Source: Candidatus Omnitrophota bacterium (GTDB lineage Bacteria > Omnitrophota > Gorgyraeia > JAFGHF01). Taken from it: 64,000 nucleotides of DNA. A program made the position numbers and the translations under genes. Shown here one piece after another: positions 18,884-28,529 of this stretch; within the stretch, counting starts at the first letter, position 1, and every line of letters starts with the position of its first letter. The stretch spans positions 4,628 through 68,627 of the forward strand of contig JBHPFV010000005.1 in NCBI GenBank assembly GCA_042571705.1, written 5' to 3'. The notes beneath the pieces were generated by a model. It made no database searches, was not told the DNA's origin, and saw nothing but the letters and a program-made list of their open reading frames with translations.

Positions 18884-20314
18884 ATGAAAAAATATGACGC
18901 GATAATTATTGGTTCCGGAATCGGGGGCTTAAGCTGCGGTTGTTATTTAACCAAGTATGGCGCCAAGGTCTTGATCGTTGAGCAACACTCTCAGGCCGGG
19001 GGCTACTGTTCCTCATTTTCCAGGGCCGGTTATCGATTTGATGTCGGAGTGCATTATTTGGGCGGTCTGAAGAGGACTTTCCTGAAAAATATCTTTGATG
19101 AATTAGAGCTGACCGGGACGATTCAGTTTAAACAGTTCGATCCCACGGATAAAATTACTCTGCCTGACCGCAGCACTTACATCAGGGCCAAGCTCTCAGA
19201 AACTAAATCTGAGTTTAAAAACAGTTTTCCCAAAGAAGCAGCTAACATTGAACGGTTCTTTAGTTTTATTACCCGCAAAGACCTGTTTCAGATCTATAAG
19301 AAAATCAAGCGCTTAAATTTCCAACAGATTCTAGATGAGTTTTTCACGGACTATAAATTAAAAGCGGCGTTAGAGATAATGCTCTGTAATTTCGGGCTTG
19401 CGGCCAGCCAGGCTGCCGCCTTGACCGGTGTAATTTTGTATCGGGACTATATCTTGGATGGAGGGTATTATCCTGAAGGCGGTATGCAAGGACTTAGCCA
19501 GGCCTTCGTGAATAGATTCAAGAGCCATGGAGGCGAGCTGGTCTTAAATAAAAAGGTCGAGCGGATATTAGTCCAAAATAAAAAGGCCAGGGGGGTAATG
19601 CTCAATGACGGTGAGCTGCTCAAGGCCGATGCGGTAATATCTAATGCCGACGCCACCCAGACCATTAAGCAGTTGTTAGCGGATGATGATTGCAAAGAAG
19701 CCAAAATTGTCGATCGCTTGCGGGTTTCGCCCTCGCTTTTTGTCCTCTATATTGGCACTGACCAAGACTTAGGCCGGTTTACAAATGAAACCTGCAATAT
19801 TTGGAGCGCCGATACTTATCGCTTCGGCCGGTTTATCGCTCAGTTAGATAAGTGTCTCAACAGGCCCAGTCCGCCTTTTTTGATGATTAGTTTTCCTTCC
19901 GCGCATAGGCATGGCTCCAACCTCAAGCGTAAAAACACAATTCAGTGTTTTTCAATAGTGCCGTTTAAATCGTCGCAGTTCTGGAATGATTACCGCGCTG
20001 AATTAACCGAAAGGTTAATTTCTCGAACGGCGAAGCTCCTGCCGGATTTAGAGAATCATATAAAAGTAAAAGTAACCGCGACCCCGCTTACTTTTCACAG
20101 GTATTCTCTTAATCGTGAAGGGGCCGGTTTCGGCTGGGCCTCAACTCCGGAGCAGGTGCGCTCTACGCTTTTTCCGCCAAAAAGTTCGATTGCCCGATTG
20201 TTTTTTACCGGTCATTGGTGTACAATAGGTAGTGGCCAGGGCGGAGTGCCCAAAGCGATTTTTTCGGGGAGAAAAACCGCGCGAATAGTTTTAAGCACGT
20301 TAGGGCAAATGTAA
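18884..20314 (+). CDS. FAD-dependent oxidoreductase of the phytoene desaturase (CrtI/RetSat-like) family
   Basis: KYDAIIIGSGIGGLSCG dinucleotide-binding motif followed by EQHSQAGGYC. The length is ~476 aa. The ORF opens at 18803, but Met 18884 follows the upstream stop. Confidence 0.8.
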   Translation: MKKYDAIIIGSGIGGLSCGCYLTKYGAKVLIVEQHSQAGGYCSSFSRAGYRFDVGVHYLGGLKRTFLKNIFDELELTGTIQFKQFDPTDKITLPDRSTYIRAKLSETKSEFKNSFPKEAANIERFFSFITRKDLFQIYKKIKRLNFQQILDEFFTDYKLKAALEIMLCNFGLAASQAAALTGVILYRDYILDGGYYPEGGMQGLSQAFVNRFKSHGGELVLNKKVERILVQNKKARGVMLNDGELLKADAVISNADATQTIKQLLADDDCKEAKIVDRLRVSPSLFVLYIGTDQDLGRFTNETCNIWSADTYRFGRFIAQLDKCLNRPSPPFLMISFPSAHRHGSNLKRKNTIQCFSIVPFKSSQFWNDYRAELTERLISRTAKLLPDLENHIKVKVTATPLTFHRYSLNREGAGFGWASTPEQVRSTLFPPKSSIARLFFTGHWCTIGSGQGGVPKAIFSGRKTARIVLSTLGQM

Positions 20315-20330
20315 AAATTATGAGGAAAAG

Positions 20331-22493
20331 ATGAATGTATTCGCTGTTTCCAGCGCTATCGTTTTCTGCACCAATATTGTCATCGCGCTATTTGTATTCT
20401 TTAAGAGAAAAGGGCAGAGGGCCAGTAAGGTCTTGGGCTGCTTCTGTTTCGTAGTTACCTTATGGGGCCTGGGCGGCTATATCTTCTCCACCGCGGCCAC
20501 CAAAGCGCAGGCCTATCTTGGTTGGCAAATCGGCTATATTTGCTGTATCCTCTCCAGTCCGATGTATTTTCACTTTGTCTATTTATTCCTTGATTTAAAG
20601 GAGAAATTTTACAAACATATTTTAACAATCGCGTATATCATGTCGGCGATTTTTCTGGCGCTGACACTTTGCTCCAAAGAATTATTTTTGGGCGATTTAA
20701 AATTTGTATTTAATCAATTCTATTGGACCAGCTGGGGGCCGGTCTGGCTAATCTATCACATCAGTTTTAATTGGATATTGTTGTCCTATGCTTTTTTCTT
20801 ATTGGTCAAGGCTTATCTTCCCTCTACGGGCATTGTGCGTAATCAATTAAAGTATTTCCTGTTGGGTTCGATTATGGGCTGGATCGGCGCCCACGGTGAC
20901 TACCAGGTCGCTTTTAATAAATACGTTTATCCATATTTCAATTTCTTGATTGCCTTTTACCCCGGATTGTGGGCTTACGCTATTATCAAATACCGTTTAA
21001 TGGATGTTCGCGTGGCGGTGACCCGGGCCGGATTGGTTATCGCTCTGTATACAGTTGTCTTAGGCGTTCCGTTTTACATCGGCTACCGCAGCCAAGACTG
21101 GTTTTTATCTACCGTCTTAGGCCTGTTTTTGGCTACCAGCGGTCCGCTGGCTTACCGTTTTTTGCAGAAAAGGGCTGAGGATTTATTGCTCCTCAAGCAG
21201 CGCCGCTATCAAAGGATTCTGGTTAAGGCCTCAAGATTAGTAGTCAAAGAATACCAGCTGGAGAAGCTGTTAAGATGGATTGTCCACGTGGTCAAGAAGA
21301 CCGTGGGGAGTACTTACGCGGCGGTATTTCTTTATGAAAGACAAAATAACATCTTTTGCCTGCGGACCAAAAGAGGAAACGGCCAAATCCCTGACGAATT
21401 AGCTTTCTCCTGCGACCACCCGTTTATTGATTATATGGCCCAGCAAAAAGAGCCCTTTTTCTATGAGGAATTGCCGCTATCGATCAGGATGTCTTTAAAT
21501 ATTCCGTTCGAGATAAATATCATTATTCCTTCTTTTATTGAAGACCAGCAATTGGGATTTCTTATTTTAGGTGAGAAAATAAATCAGCAATTTTATTCAT
21601 CAGACGATATAAATATTTTCAAGATGTTTGCCCGTCAGGCCGGGTTGGCAATTGAAAATGCCCAGTTTTACAGCCAATTACAGGCCGAAACGGATGTATT
21701 AAAACAGACAATTCAGCGCTTGCGTGATACTCAAGATGAACTGATTCAAACAGAAAAGCTGAACGCTGTGGGCCAATTGGCCAGCGGCGTGGCCCATGAG
21801 GTCAGAAATCCGCTGGGGATCATCATCCAGGGAGTTGACTTGCTGGAAGCGGAAATAGCCGAGCCTAAAAAACAAAATAAAGCGGAAATGACTAAAACTC
21901 TGCAGATGTTAAAAGATAGCGTACGCCGGGCTAATAGAATCGTCAGCTCACTGATTGATTTTTCTAAAGCTAGGAAATTGGAGTTAGGTCCGGAAGACAT
22001 CAATGCTGTCTTAGATAGCGCTTTAACTTTGGTAAAGTTTAAATTTAAGAACATCGAGCTGGTTAAAAAGTTTAAAAAGGATATCCCTAAAGTCCTGATT
22101 GACAAGCATAAAATTGAACAGGTATTTGTCAATGCCTTCTTAAACGCGGTCCAGGCCATGCCTGAAGGCGGAAAACTCACGATTCGCGTCAACGCTTATG
22201 ATAAAATGTTGGCAAGTATTGGTAAGGGCGTAGGCAGAAGAGGCAGCGATTATTTTAAATGCGGCGAACAAGCTGTGGTAGTGGAAATTGAGGATAGCGG
22301 CAGCGGCATTTCTGAGGAAAATTTAAAAATGATCTATGATCCGTTTTTTACCACTAAAGGCCCCAGCGGGGGCACAGGTTTAGGATTATACGTCAGCCAG
22401 AATATAATTAATATGCACAAGGGCCTGATCAATCTGGAAAGTCGGCTCGGCAAAGGCACAAAAGTAAGCGTTACCTTAAAAGTAGCGCAGTAG
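20331..22493 (+). CDS. Membrane sensor histidine kinase (multi-TM N-terminus, GAF-like, HisKA, HATPase)
   Basis: About 7 TM segments. H-box GVAHEVRNPL. N/G boxes (NAVQAM, DSGSGI, GTGLGL). Confidence 0.9.
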   Translation: MNVFAVSSAIVFCTNIVIALFVFFKRKGQRASKVLGCFCFVVTLWGLGGYIFSTAATKAQAYLGWQIGYICCILSSPMYFHFVYLFLDLKEKFYKHILTIAYIMSAIFLALTLCSKELFLGDLKFVFNQFYWTSWGPVWLIYHISFNWILLSYAFFLLVKAYLPSTGIVRNQLKYFLLGSIMGWIGAHGDYQVAFNKYVYPYFNFLIAFYPGLWAYAIIKYRLMDVRVAVTRAGLVIALYTVVLGVPFYIGYRSQDWFLSTVLGLFLATSGPLAYRFLQKRAEDLLLLKQRRYQRILVKASRLVVKEYQLEKLLRWIVHVVKKTVGSTYAAVFLYERQNNIFCLRTKRGNGQIPDELAFSCDHPFIDYMAQQKEPFFYEELPLSIRMSLNIPFEINIIIPSFIEDQQLGFLILGEKINQQFYSSDDINIFKMFARQAGLAIENAQFYSQLQAETDVLKQTIQRLRDTQDELIQTEKLNAVGQLASGVAHEVRNPLGIIIQGVDLLEAEIAEPKKQNKAEMTKTLQMLKDSVRRANRIVSSLIDFSKARKLELGPEDINAVLDSALTLVKFKFKNIELVKKFKKDIPKVLIDKHKIEQVFVNAFLNAVQAMPEGGKLTIRVNAYDKMLASIGKGVGRRGSDYFKCGEQAVVVEIEDSGSGISEENLKMIYDPFFTTKGPSGGTGLGLYVSQNIINMHKGLINLESRLGKGTKVSVTLKVAQ

Positions 22494-22501
22494 CCCAAGA
22501 A

Positions 22502-22930
22502 ATGGTGGCTCAGATGAAGAAAAAGAAGGTCATGATTGTCGACGATGAGCAGGATTTTCTGTATCTGACTAAGCTCAATTTAGAAAGAACCGGGCAATAC
22601 AGTGTTTTGACCTTATTAAGCGCGCAAGATATTGTCGCGCAGGTGCATTCCTTTAAACCTGATATTATATTACTGGATATCCTGATGCCCAGAATTGGCG
22701 GGATGGAGGTCTGTAAGATATTAAATAATGACCCCGTTGGCCAGAAGGTGCCGATCGTTATCCTTTCTGCCTTAGACAAAGACATCGATAAGCTTCAGGC
22801 CTATCAGGCCGGGGTGATAGATTTTCTGGTCAAACCCATAGAAAAGGCCGAGCTGATTGCCAGGGTAGAAAAAGCCCTAAGCTTAAATGAAATGGAGTCC
22901 GCAGATGAAGAAGAAAATATTGATTATTGA
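22502..22930 (+). CDS. Response regulator, receiver domain only
   Basis: MIVDDE, phospho-acceptor context ILLDILMP, and LVKP. No output domain. Confidence 0.85.
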   Translation: MVAQMKKKKVMIVDDEQDFLYLTKLNLERTGQYSVLTLLSAQDIVAQVHSFKPDIILLDILMPRIGGMEVCKILNNDPVGQKVPIVILSALDKDIDKLQAYQAGVIDFLVKPIEKAELIARVEKALSLNEMESADEEENIDY

Positions 22931-23279
22931 TGACGAAGAAGCTTTTACAAAATTAGTCAAATTAAATCTTGAACGCACTGAAAAATATCAAGTCAAAACG
23001 GAAAAACAAGGCTCGCGGGGCTTAGCTGCCGTGAAGAGATTTAAGCCAGACTTGATATTACTGGATGTATTGATGCCGGAGGTTGGAGGCGGTACAGTGT
23101 TTGCGCAAATAAAGGAAGACGAAAGCCTCAAAGATATTCCAGTGGTATTTTTGACTGCGGCTGCAAGAAAAGAAGAAGTAAGTTCTAGAGGCGGCGCCAT
23201 AGGCGGTCACCCGTTTATCGCCAAGCCTGTAAGTAAAAAAAAACTTATTGCTTGCATTGAACAGAACATCCGTAGCTGA
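22905..23279 (+). CDS. Response regulator, receiver domain only
   Basis: KILIIDDEE, LILLDVLMP, IAKP. The ORF opens at 22887; Met 22905 gives the canonical N-terminus. Confidence 0.85.
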   Translation: MKKKILIIDDEEAFTKLVKLNLERTEKYQVKTEKQGSRGLAAVKRFKPDLILLDVLMPEVGGGTVFAQIKEDESLKDIPVVFLTAAARKEEVSSRGGAIGGHPFIAKPVSKKKLIACIEQNIRS

Positions 23280-23299
23280 TACTTATCATTTGACTAAAG

Positions 23300-23413
23300 T
23301 TGAAAAATAACCCCCTGGGCCTGATTTGCCTTTTATTTTGTTTAGGGATATGGGCAGCTAAATATGTTCATCTCCCTTTATTTTTTGTAGTTTGGGGTGC
23401 AGGATTAAGTTAG
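23300..23413 (+). pseudogene. Orphan duplicate of the comEC 5' end (37 codons, then stop)
   Basis: It translates to LKNNPLGLICLLFCLGIWAAKYVHLPLFFVVWGAGLS*, against the ComEC N-terminus MKNNPLATICFLFCLGIWAAKLAHIPLFFVIVSCGL. A 30-nt core is identical (ttattttgtttagggatatgggcagctaaa). Confidence 0.75.
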
Positions 23414-23461
23414 GTAAAGATTTGTGTTTGTTTATTCAGGATCTTGTTATATAATAAAACC

Positions 23462-24016
23462 ATGGATTTTTTATTGGTTTTTAAATTTTTAATAACCACT
23501 CTTAAACAGCACAAAATAGATTTCGCCATTATCGGTGGATTTGCCCTCCAGGCCGCAGGCATCACCAGGGCAACACGGGATATAGATTTAGCTGTCTTGA
23601 GTAAAGATGTCCCGGATATAAAAGCTATTATGCTTAAGCACGGCTATGAGCTTATTCATGAGAGTGAAGATATATTGAATTTTGTAGGAAAGAAATTTGA
23701 ATTAGGCAGAGTAGACTTCTTACTCGCCCATAGGAAGTATGCGTTGTCGATGCTTCAGAGAGCTAAGGAAGAGTTGGTTCTTGGTGGAAAATTTAAAATT
23801 AAAGTAGTCAGAATAGAAGATTTGATAGGTCTTAAACTACAGGCAAGTGCCAATGACCCTAAGCGCCTACGTCAAGACATGGCCGATATAGTGCAGCTTA
23901 TTGACGAGAATCGTTCTAAACTTGATATGAACCTGGTGAGGGAATATTTTCAGATTTTCGATAGGACGCAAGACTTAAATGATATTATTAAGGAGATCAA
24001 TGATGTTAAGCAATAA
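23462..24016 (+). CDS. Minimal nucleotidyltransferase-fold protein (AbiEii/MNT-like family)
   Basis: IDFAIIGGFALQAAGITRATRDIDLAV is the G-x-motif plus DxD of small NTases. IEDLIGLKLQA...DMADIVQL forms the C-terminal helix. The family name is recalled from memory. Confidence 0.55.
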   Translation: MDFLLVFKFLITTLKQHKIDFAIIGGFALQAAGITRATRDIDLAVLSKDVPDIKAIMLKHGYELIHESEDILNFVGKKFELGRVDFLLAHRKYALSMLQRAKEELVLGGKFKIKVVRIEDLIGLKLQASANDPKRLRQDMADIVQLIDENRSKLDMNLVREYFQIFDRTQDLNDIIKEINDVKQ

Positions 24017-24206
24017 AGAAAAAAAAGAAATGCTTGAAGATGCAAACAACACAGAGAGAAGAGCGCAATTCAGGTTTGGGAAGAGCAAGAACCGAGGCTT
24101 AGATTCAATCGATGAGTATCTCCTATTTTTAAATAGTGTCCAAAGAGTCTTTGCCCCGATTAAAATCTTTAAGCAGCCGGCGCCTACAGAAAAGAATAGG
24201 CTTTGA
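24000..24206 (+). CDS. Small hypothetical protein overlapping the NTase gene 3' end
   Basis: A 68-codon ORF (MMLSNKEKKEMLEDANN...) overlaps the upstream gene by 17 nt. No recognisable motif. Confidence 0.35.
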   Translation: MMLSNKEKKEMLEDANNTERRAQFRFGKSKNRGLDSIDEYLLFLNSVQRVFAPIKIFKQPAPTEKNRL

Positions 24207-24226
24207 TAAGTTTTATTAGATAAGTT

Positions 24227-26614
24227 TTGAAGAATAACCCCTTAGCTACAATCTGCTTTTTATTTTGTTTAGGGATATGGGCAGCTAAACTTGCCCATAT
24301 CCCTTTGTTTTTTGTAATTGTGAGTTGTGGTTTATTTTTAGTCGCTGCCTTAGCGAGTTTACAGAAAAAGGTTTTGTTCTCAATTTCTCTGAGTCTAGCC
24401 GTATTGCTTGCCGGATCCCTGCATCTTAGCAATAGCCAAATCTATCCTGCCAACCATATCTCTAATTTTGTCTCAAACAAAGGACAAGAGGTTTCTCTCA
24501 TAGGCCGGGTAGCCAGCAATCCTGAAACTTCCCAAACCTTTTATCATTCCCAAAAGAGCAGCTTTACCTTGCGGGTTAATGCCTTGAAGGTTGAGGATAA
24601 GTGGCAACCAATAGCGGGTCTGGTAAAGGCAACTTTATATGGGCAAAGAAGAGTTGCCTATGGGGATCAGTTGCTTTTGGAAGGCTCTTTGGCCAGGCCC
24701 CCGGGATTGCGTAATCCCGGTGGATTTAATTATCGTGAATATCTAGCCAACCACAACATCTTTGGCCTGCTTAAGGTGAAAGAGAAAGATACCTTTCAGG
24801 TAATTTCTTCTAAAAAAGACTCATCAGTTGTTAGGCATATTTTTAAATTTAAACAGAAATTACACAGCATTATCTATCGGCACCTTGAGCCTGAGCAAGC
24901 TGCGCTATTGTCCGCTATTCTATTAGGAGAGCGCTCGGAACTTTCCCAAGATATAAAAGACTTATTCATTTCAACGGGCACTATTCATATCTTAGCCATC
25001 AGTGGTTTGCACGTCGGCCTAATCGCGTTTATTATAATCATGCTTTTGCGAGCCCTACGCCTGAAGCTGAGCGTGGCCTATCTTTTGACTATTTTCTGCT
25101 TAGTTATTTACGCCGGCTTAAGCGGCATGCGCCCTGCGGTGACCAGGGCCACGATTATGGTCAGCGTGGTTTTATGCGGTTTGTTGATCAATAGGGAAAC
25201 AAAGATATATAATTCTTTGGGCCTGGCCGCCCTGATAATTTTAGTCGCCAATCCGCGGATGCTTTTTGACGTCGGGTTTCAACTCTCCTTTTTAAGTGTG
25301 ATCTCAATTGCCTATTTTAGCCCGCGGATAGTAAAGTTCTTTCCGGAACAGCAAGGCTGGCGGCGCTATCTGGCGCAGGCATTTTCAGTATCTTTAGCGG
25401 CCTGGCTAGGCCTGGCGCCGCTAATTGCTTATTATTTTAATATCGTCACGCCGGTAGCTATCCTGGCCAATCTGATTATTATTCCTTTGCTTTTACTGGT
25501 GGTAGCCACAGGCTTTACTCTTTTGGTCTCAGCCCAGATCAGCGGTTTTTTGGCAGGAATTTTTGCGAATAGTTGCTGGCTTAGTTTAACCGGGTTGACT
25601 AAAGCGGCCTTTCTTTTTTCTCGGATGCCGTTAAGTTCCTTTTATTTGCCTAAACCGGGGGCGCTATTTGGTTTAAGCTATTATACGCTGTTATTATTGA
25701 TTTTTAATTATCAGCGGCTCAACCTTTCTAAAGGTAAGCTGGCGATTGTGTTAGCTGTAACAGCAAACTTTTTAGTTTGGCCGCCGTTATTTAAACCGGC
25801 TTCGGATAATTTAAGCGTCACCTTCCTGGATGTCGGCCATGGGGACGCTATTTTTATCGAGCTCCCCGGTACCGGCGGTAATATTTTAGTTGATGGCGGG
25901 CCGGGTCAAGAAAATGATGCCGGCCGCCGGGTAATCTTGCCATTTTTGAGGAATAGAGGGATCAATCAGATCGATGTCGTTATACTGACGCATCCGGATG
26001 ACGACCATCTCGGTGGGCTGGCGAGCGTATTAAAAAATATAAACGTAAGTCATGCCTTTGATAACGGGATGACCAAGCGCTCCAGCGTTTTTAAGGCTTA
26101 TCAAGCCGCAGTCAAGCAACGGGCGGTGAATTACCAGATCCTCAAACAGGGTGATCAGATTAGCGGATTTAGCAAAGTTGGGTTGTTTGTACTGCATCCG
26201 CCTGAGCCGCTTTTAAGCGGCACGGACAAGGATATTAATAATAATTCTTTGGTCTTAAAGCTTGTCTATAAAGATATCAGTTTGCTTCTTTGTGGAGATA
26301 TCCAGTGCCAAGCCATCCCGTATCTTTTGGCCTTAAGCCCGATGTTGCCGGCAGCGATAATAAAAATACCGCATCACGGCAGCGATGAAGGGCAAATTGA
26401 ACGTAGTTTCCTTGATCAGGTAGCGGCGCGATTTGCGGTAATCAGCGCCGATAGGAACGCGCGTTTCGGCTTTCCCAGGCCGCGGATAGTGGAGCAATTG
26501 GTCAATACAGGGGCGCAAGTATTCAATACCGGGGAACACGGTGCGGTGACTGTGGTTACGGATGGGCGGGATATTTGGATCGAGACCATGACTGATGCCG
26601 AAGCGGGAATTTGA
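24227..26614 (+). CDS. comEC: DNA internalisation competence protein ComEC/Rec2
   Basis: N-terminal TM/OB region, a polytopic competence domain, and a C-terminal metallo-beta-lactamase domain (FLDVGHGDAIFI, HPDDDHLGG, PHHGS). TTG start. Confidence 0.9.
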   Translation: MKNNPLATICFLFCLGIWAAKLAHIPLFFVIVSCGLFLVAALASLQKKVLFSISLSLAVLLAGSLHLSNSQIYPANHISNFVSNKGQEVSLIGRVASNPETSQTFYHSQKSSFTLRVNALKVEDKWQPIAGLVKATLYGQRRVAYGDQLLLEGSLARPPGLRNPGGFNYREYLANHNIFGLLKVKEKDTFQVISSKKDSSVVRHIFKFKQKLHSIIYRHLEPEQAALLSAILLGERSELSQDIKDLFISTGTIHILAISGLHVGLIAFIIIMLLRALRLKLSVAYLLTIFCLVIYAGLSGMRPAVTRATIMVSVVLCGLLINRETKIYNSLGLAALIILVANPRMLFDVGFQLSFLSVISIAYFSPRIVKFFPEQQGWRRYLAQAFSVSLAAWLGLAPLIAYYFNIVTPVAILANLIIIPLLLLVVATGFTLLVSAQISGFLAGIFANSCWLSLTGLTKAAFLFSRMPLSSFYLPKPGALFGLSYYTLLLLIFNYQRLNLSKGKLAIVLAVTANFLVWPPLFKPASDNLSVTFLDVGHGDAIFIELPGTGGNILVDGGPGQENDAGRRVILPFLRNRGINQIDVVILTHPDDDHLGGLASVLKNINVSHAFDNGMTKRSSVFKAYQAAVKQRAVNYQILKQGDQISGFSKVGLFVLHPPEPLLSGTDKDINNNSLVLKLVYKDISLLLCGDIQCQAIPYLLALSPMLPAAIIKIPHHGSDEGQIERSFLDQVAARFAVISADRNARFGFPRPRIVEQLVNTGAQVFNTGEHGAVTVVTDGRDIWIETMTDAEAGI

Positions 26615-26748
26615 TGCAGTAGAAATGTGTTGCAGCAGGTTTTTATTTAAGGTAAAATATCGCTATTCGTCAAGGATAAGATTTCGTTAAAGAGACGAAA
26701 AATATGCAATTGTCAGCAGCAAAAAAACAAAATTTCTGGGTACAATAG

Positions 26749-28440
26749 ATGAAATCCCTTTGTAGGCAACTGCATTGGATAGCAAACTTCACTTTGCTGA
26801 TTGTAGCTTTAGTTGTTTATATCACACCTGGCTATTGCTATGATCAAAGTAGGCCTTTTTCTAGGTTTATTCAAGAGACGAAACAGAAAAAAAATCATTA
26901 TCTCAATGTGCTCAACCTTGGCGACGACGCGTTATTAGCGCGGATCCACCTTATTCGCTATGCGCAAAAATCAATTAATATTCAGACTTTTCACTGGGAT
27001 ATTGATGAAACCAGCAGATACTTTATCTACGAGCTTATCGAAGCCGCTAAACGAGGCGTTCAGGTTAAGATTATCGTTGATTGCAATACCTTGCCGAAGG
27101 CGCCTAAACTATATGCCTTCATAGCAGCTGCCCATCCGAACTTTAGGATAAAAGTATACAATCCGTTAACAGAGAAAATTCGAAATCCAAAAGCGATTTT
27201 GGCGATAGAGGCCTTGATGGATTTTCGCAGCGTCAATCAAAGGATGCACAACAAATTGTTTATTATCGATGGTGAGATTGGCATTACCGGTGGACGTAAT
27301 TATGCAAATGACTACTATGACCGTGGAAAGCAGCGCAATTTTAGAGACTGTGATCTGCTGATCATTGGACCGGTAGTAAATCAAATGACAAATTCTTTTT
27401 TAGAATACTGGGAGCATCCATTGGTTGTTGATAGCCGAGACATGCTTGATGTGCGCAAGCTCATTGACAATAAGGATTATCCCGAATATAAGGATAGAGA
27501 CAGTTTTCAGCTTAGGAATTCTTTTGATGATATTGATCGCTGCGCTCTGGATGAAGAATGCATTAAGTCCAAATTCATCGACCATCATTATATGGTTAAG
27601 CAAATAGATTTTTTTGCGGATCAACCAGGAAAGATTGAAAAATTAGGGAAAGATAAAGTCTCGCGAACAACATATGAGCTATCTAAACTCATCCAATCAG
27701 CAAAAAAATCAATTGTAATGCAGACGCCGTATCTTGTTATCGGTAGGGAAAATAATAAGTTTTATAAGAATTTAAGAAAGGATAATCCAGATATCGAAAT
27801 CCTCGTCTCAAGCAATTCTTTGGCCGCGGCCGATCATACGCACGCTTACGCGTTTTCTTACAAAAATAAAAAGAAATATATTAAAAATTTCCGATGGCAA
27901 ATATTTGAGTTAAAACCTAGCCCTAAGGACGCCGACAAAATGATTTCTCCGGTTACTGGAGATTCCAGATCTGAAGATTATCATGTCTGTATTCACGCAA
28001 AAAGCTATGTTGTGGACCAGGAAAAAGTCTGGGTTGGTTCATTTAACCTTGATCCTCGCTCAGCTAATTTAAATACAGAAGTTGGAGTTATTATTTATGA
28101 TGCCCAAGTGGCGCAGGTTATTGAACAAGATATTCGCCGCGATATGGCCAATCACAATAGCTGGACAATAGCAAAAAGACGAAACGTGCCGATCGGCTCT
28201 TTTGTCGGCGAGGCCCTGGGAACCGTTGTCGACTCTGTACCGATTGTTAAAGTCTGGCCTTTTACGTATTCAGGCAGTTACGAATTAAGGGAAGGAAAAG
28301 AAGCTGTTTCAATTTTCCACGACGATTTTTATAATCATTATAAATACGTTGGTCCCTTTCCCGGAGTTCAAGGAACAGGAAAAGAAATCGAAGCCCGCCT
28401 GTTGAAGGCTTTTTTCGGGCCGATCGAACCGCTTATTTGA
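26749..28440 (+). CDS. Phospholipase D / cardiolipin-synthase-like protein (two HKD motifs)
   Basis: HNKLFIIDGEIGITGGRN and HAKSYVVDQEKVWVGSFNLDPRS. N-terminal anchor. Confidence 0.85.
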   Translation: MKSLCRQLHWIANFTLLIVALVVYITPGYCYDQSRPFSRFIQETKQKKNHYLNVLNLGDDALLARIHLIRYAQKSINIQTFHWDIDETSRYFIYELIEAAKRGVQVKIIVDCNTLPKAPKLYAFIAAAHPNFRIKVYNPLTEKIRNPKAILAIEALMDFRSVNQRMHNKLFIIDGEIGITGGRNYANDYYDRGKQRNFRDCDLLIIGPVVNQMTNSFLEYWEHPLVVDSRDMLDVRKLIDNKDYPEYKDRDSFQLRNSFDDIDRCALDEECIKSKFIDHHYMVKQIDFFADQPGKIEKLGKDKVSRTTYELSKLIQSAKKSIVMQTPYLVIGRENNKFYKNLRKDNPDIEILVSSNSLAAADHTHAYAFSYKNKKKYIKNFRWQIFELKPSPKDADKMISPVTGDSRSEDYHVCIHAKSYVVDQEKVWVGSFNLDPRSANLNTEVGVIIYDAQVAQVIEQDIRRDMANHNSWTIAKRRNVPIGSFVGEALGTVVDSVPIVKVWPFTYSGSYELREGKEAVSIFHDDFYNHYKYVGPFPGVQGTGKEIEARLLKAFFGPIEPLI

Positions 28441-28529
28441 TAGAGGTAGGATAGGCTCTGGGGGCACCCTTACGATTTGATTTTGGCGAAGAATAGTTTA
28501 AACTGAAAACGGAGAAAGGGGAAGCAATA

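Noticed and set aside
21746-22192. 148-aa minus-strand ORF inside the histidine kinase gene
   Set aside because: It is antisense to the HisKA/HATPase-coding region and has no motifs.
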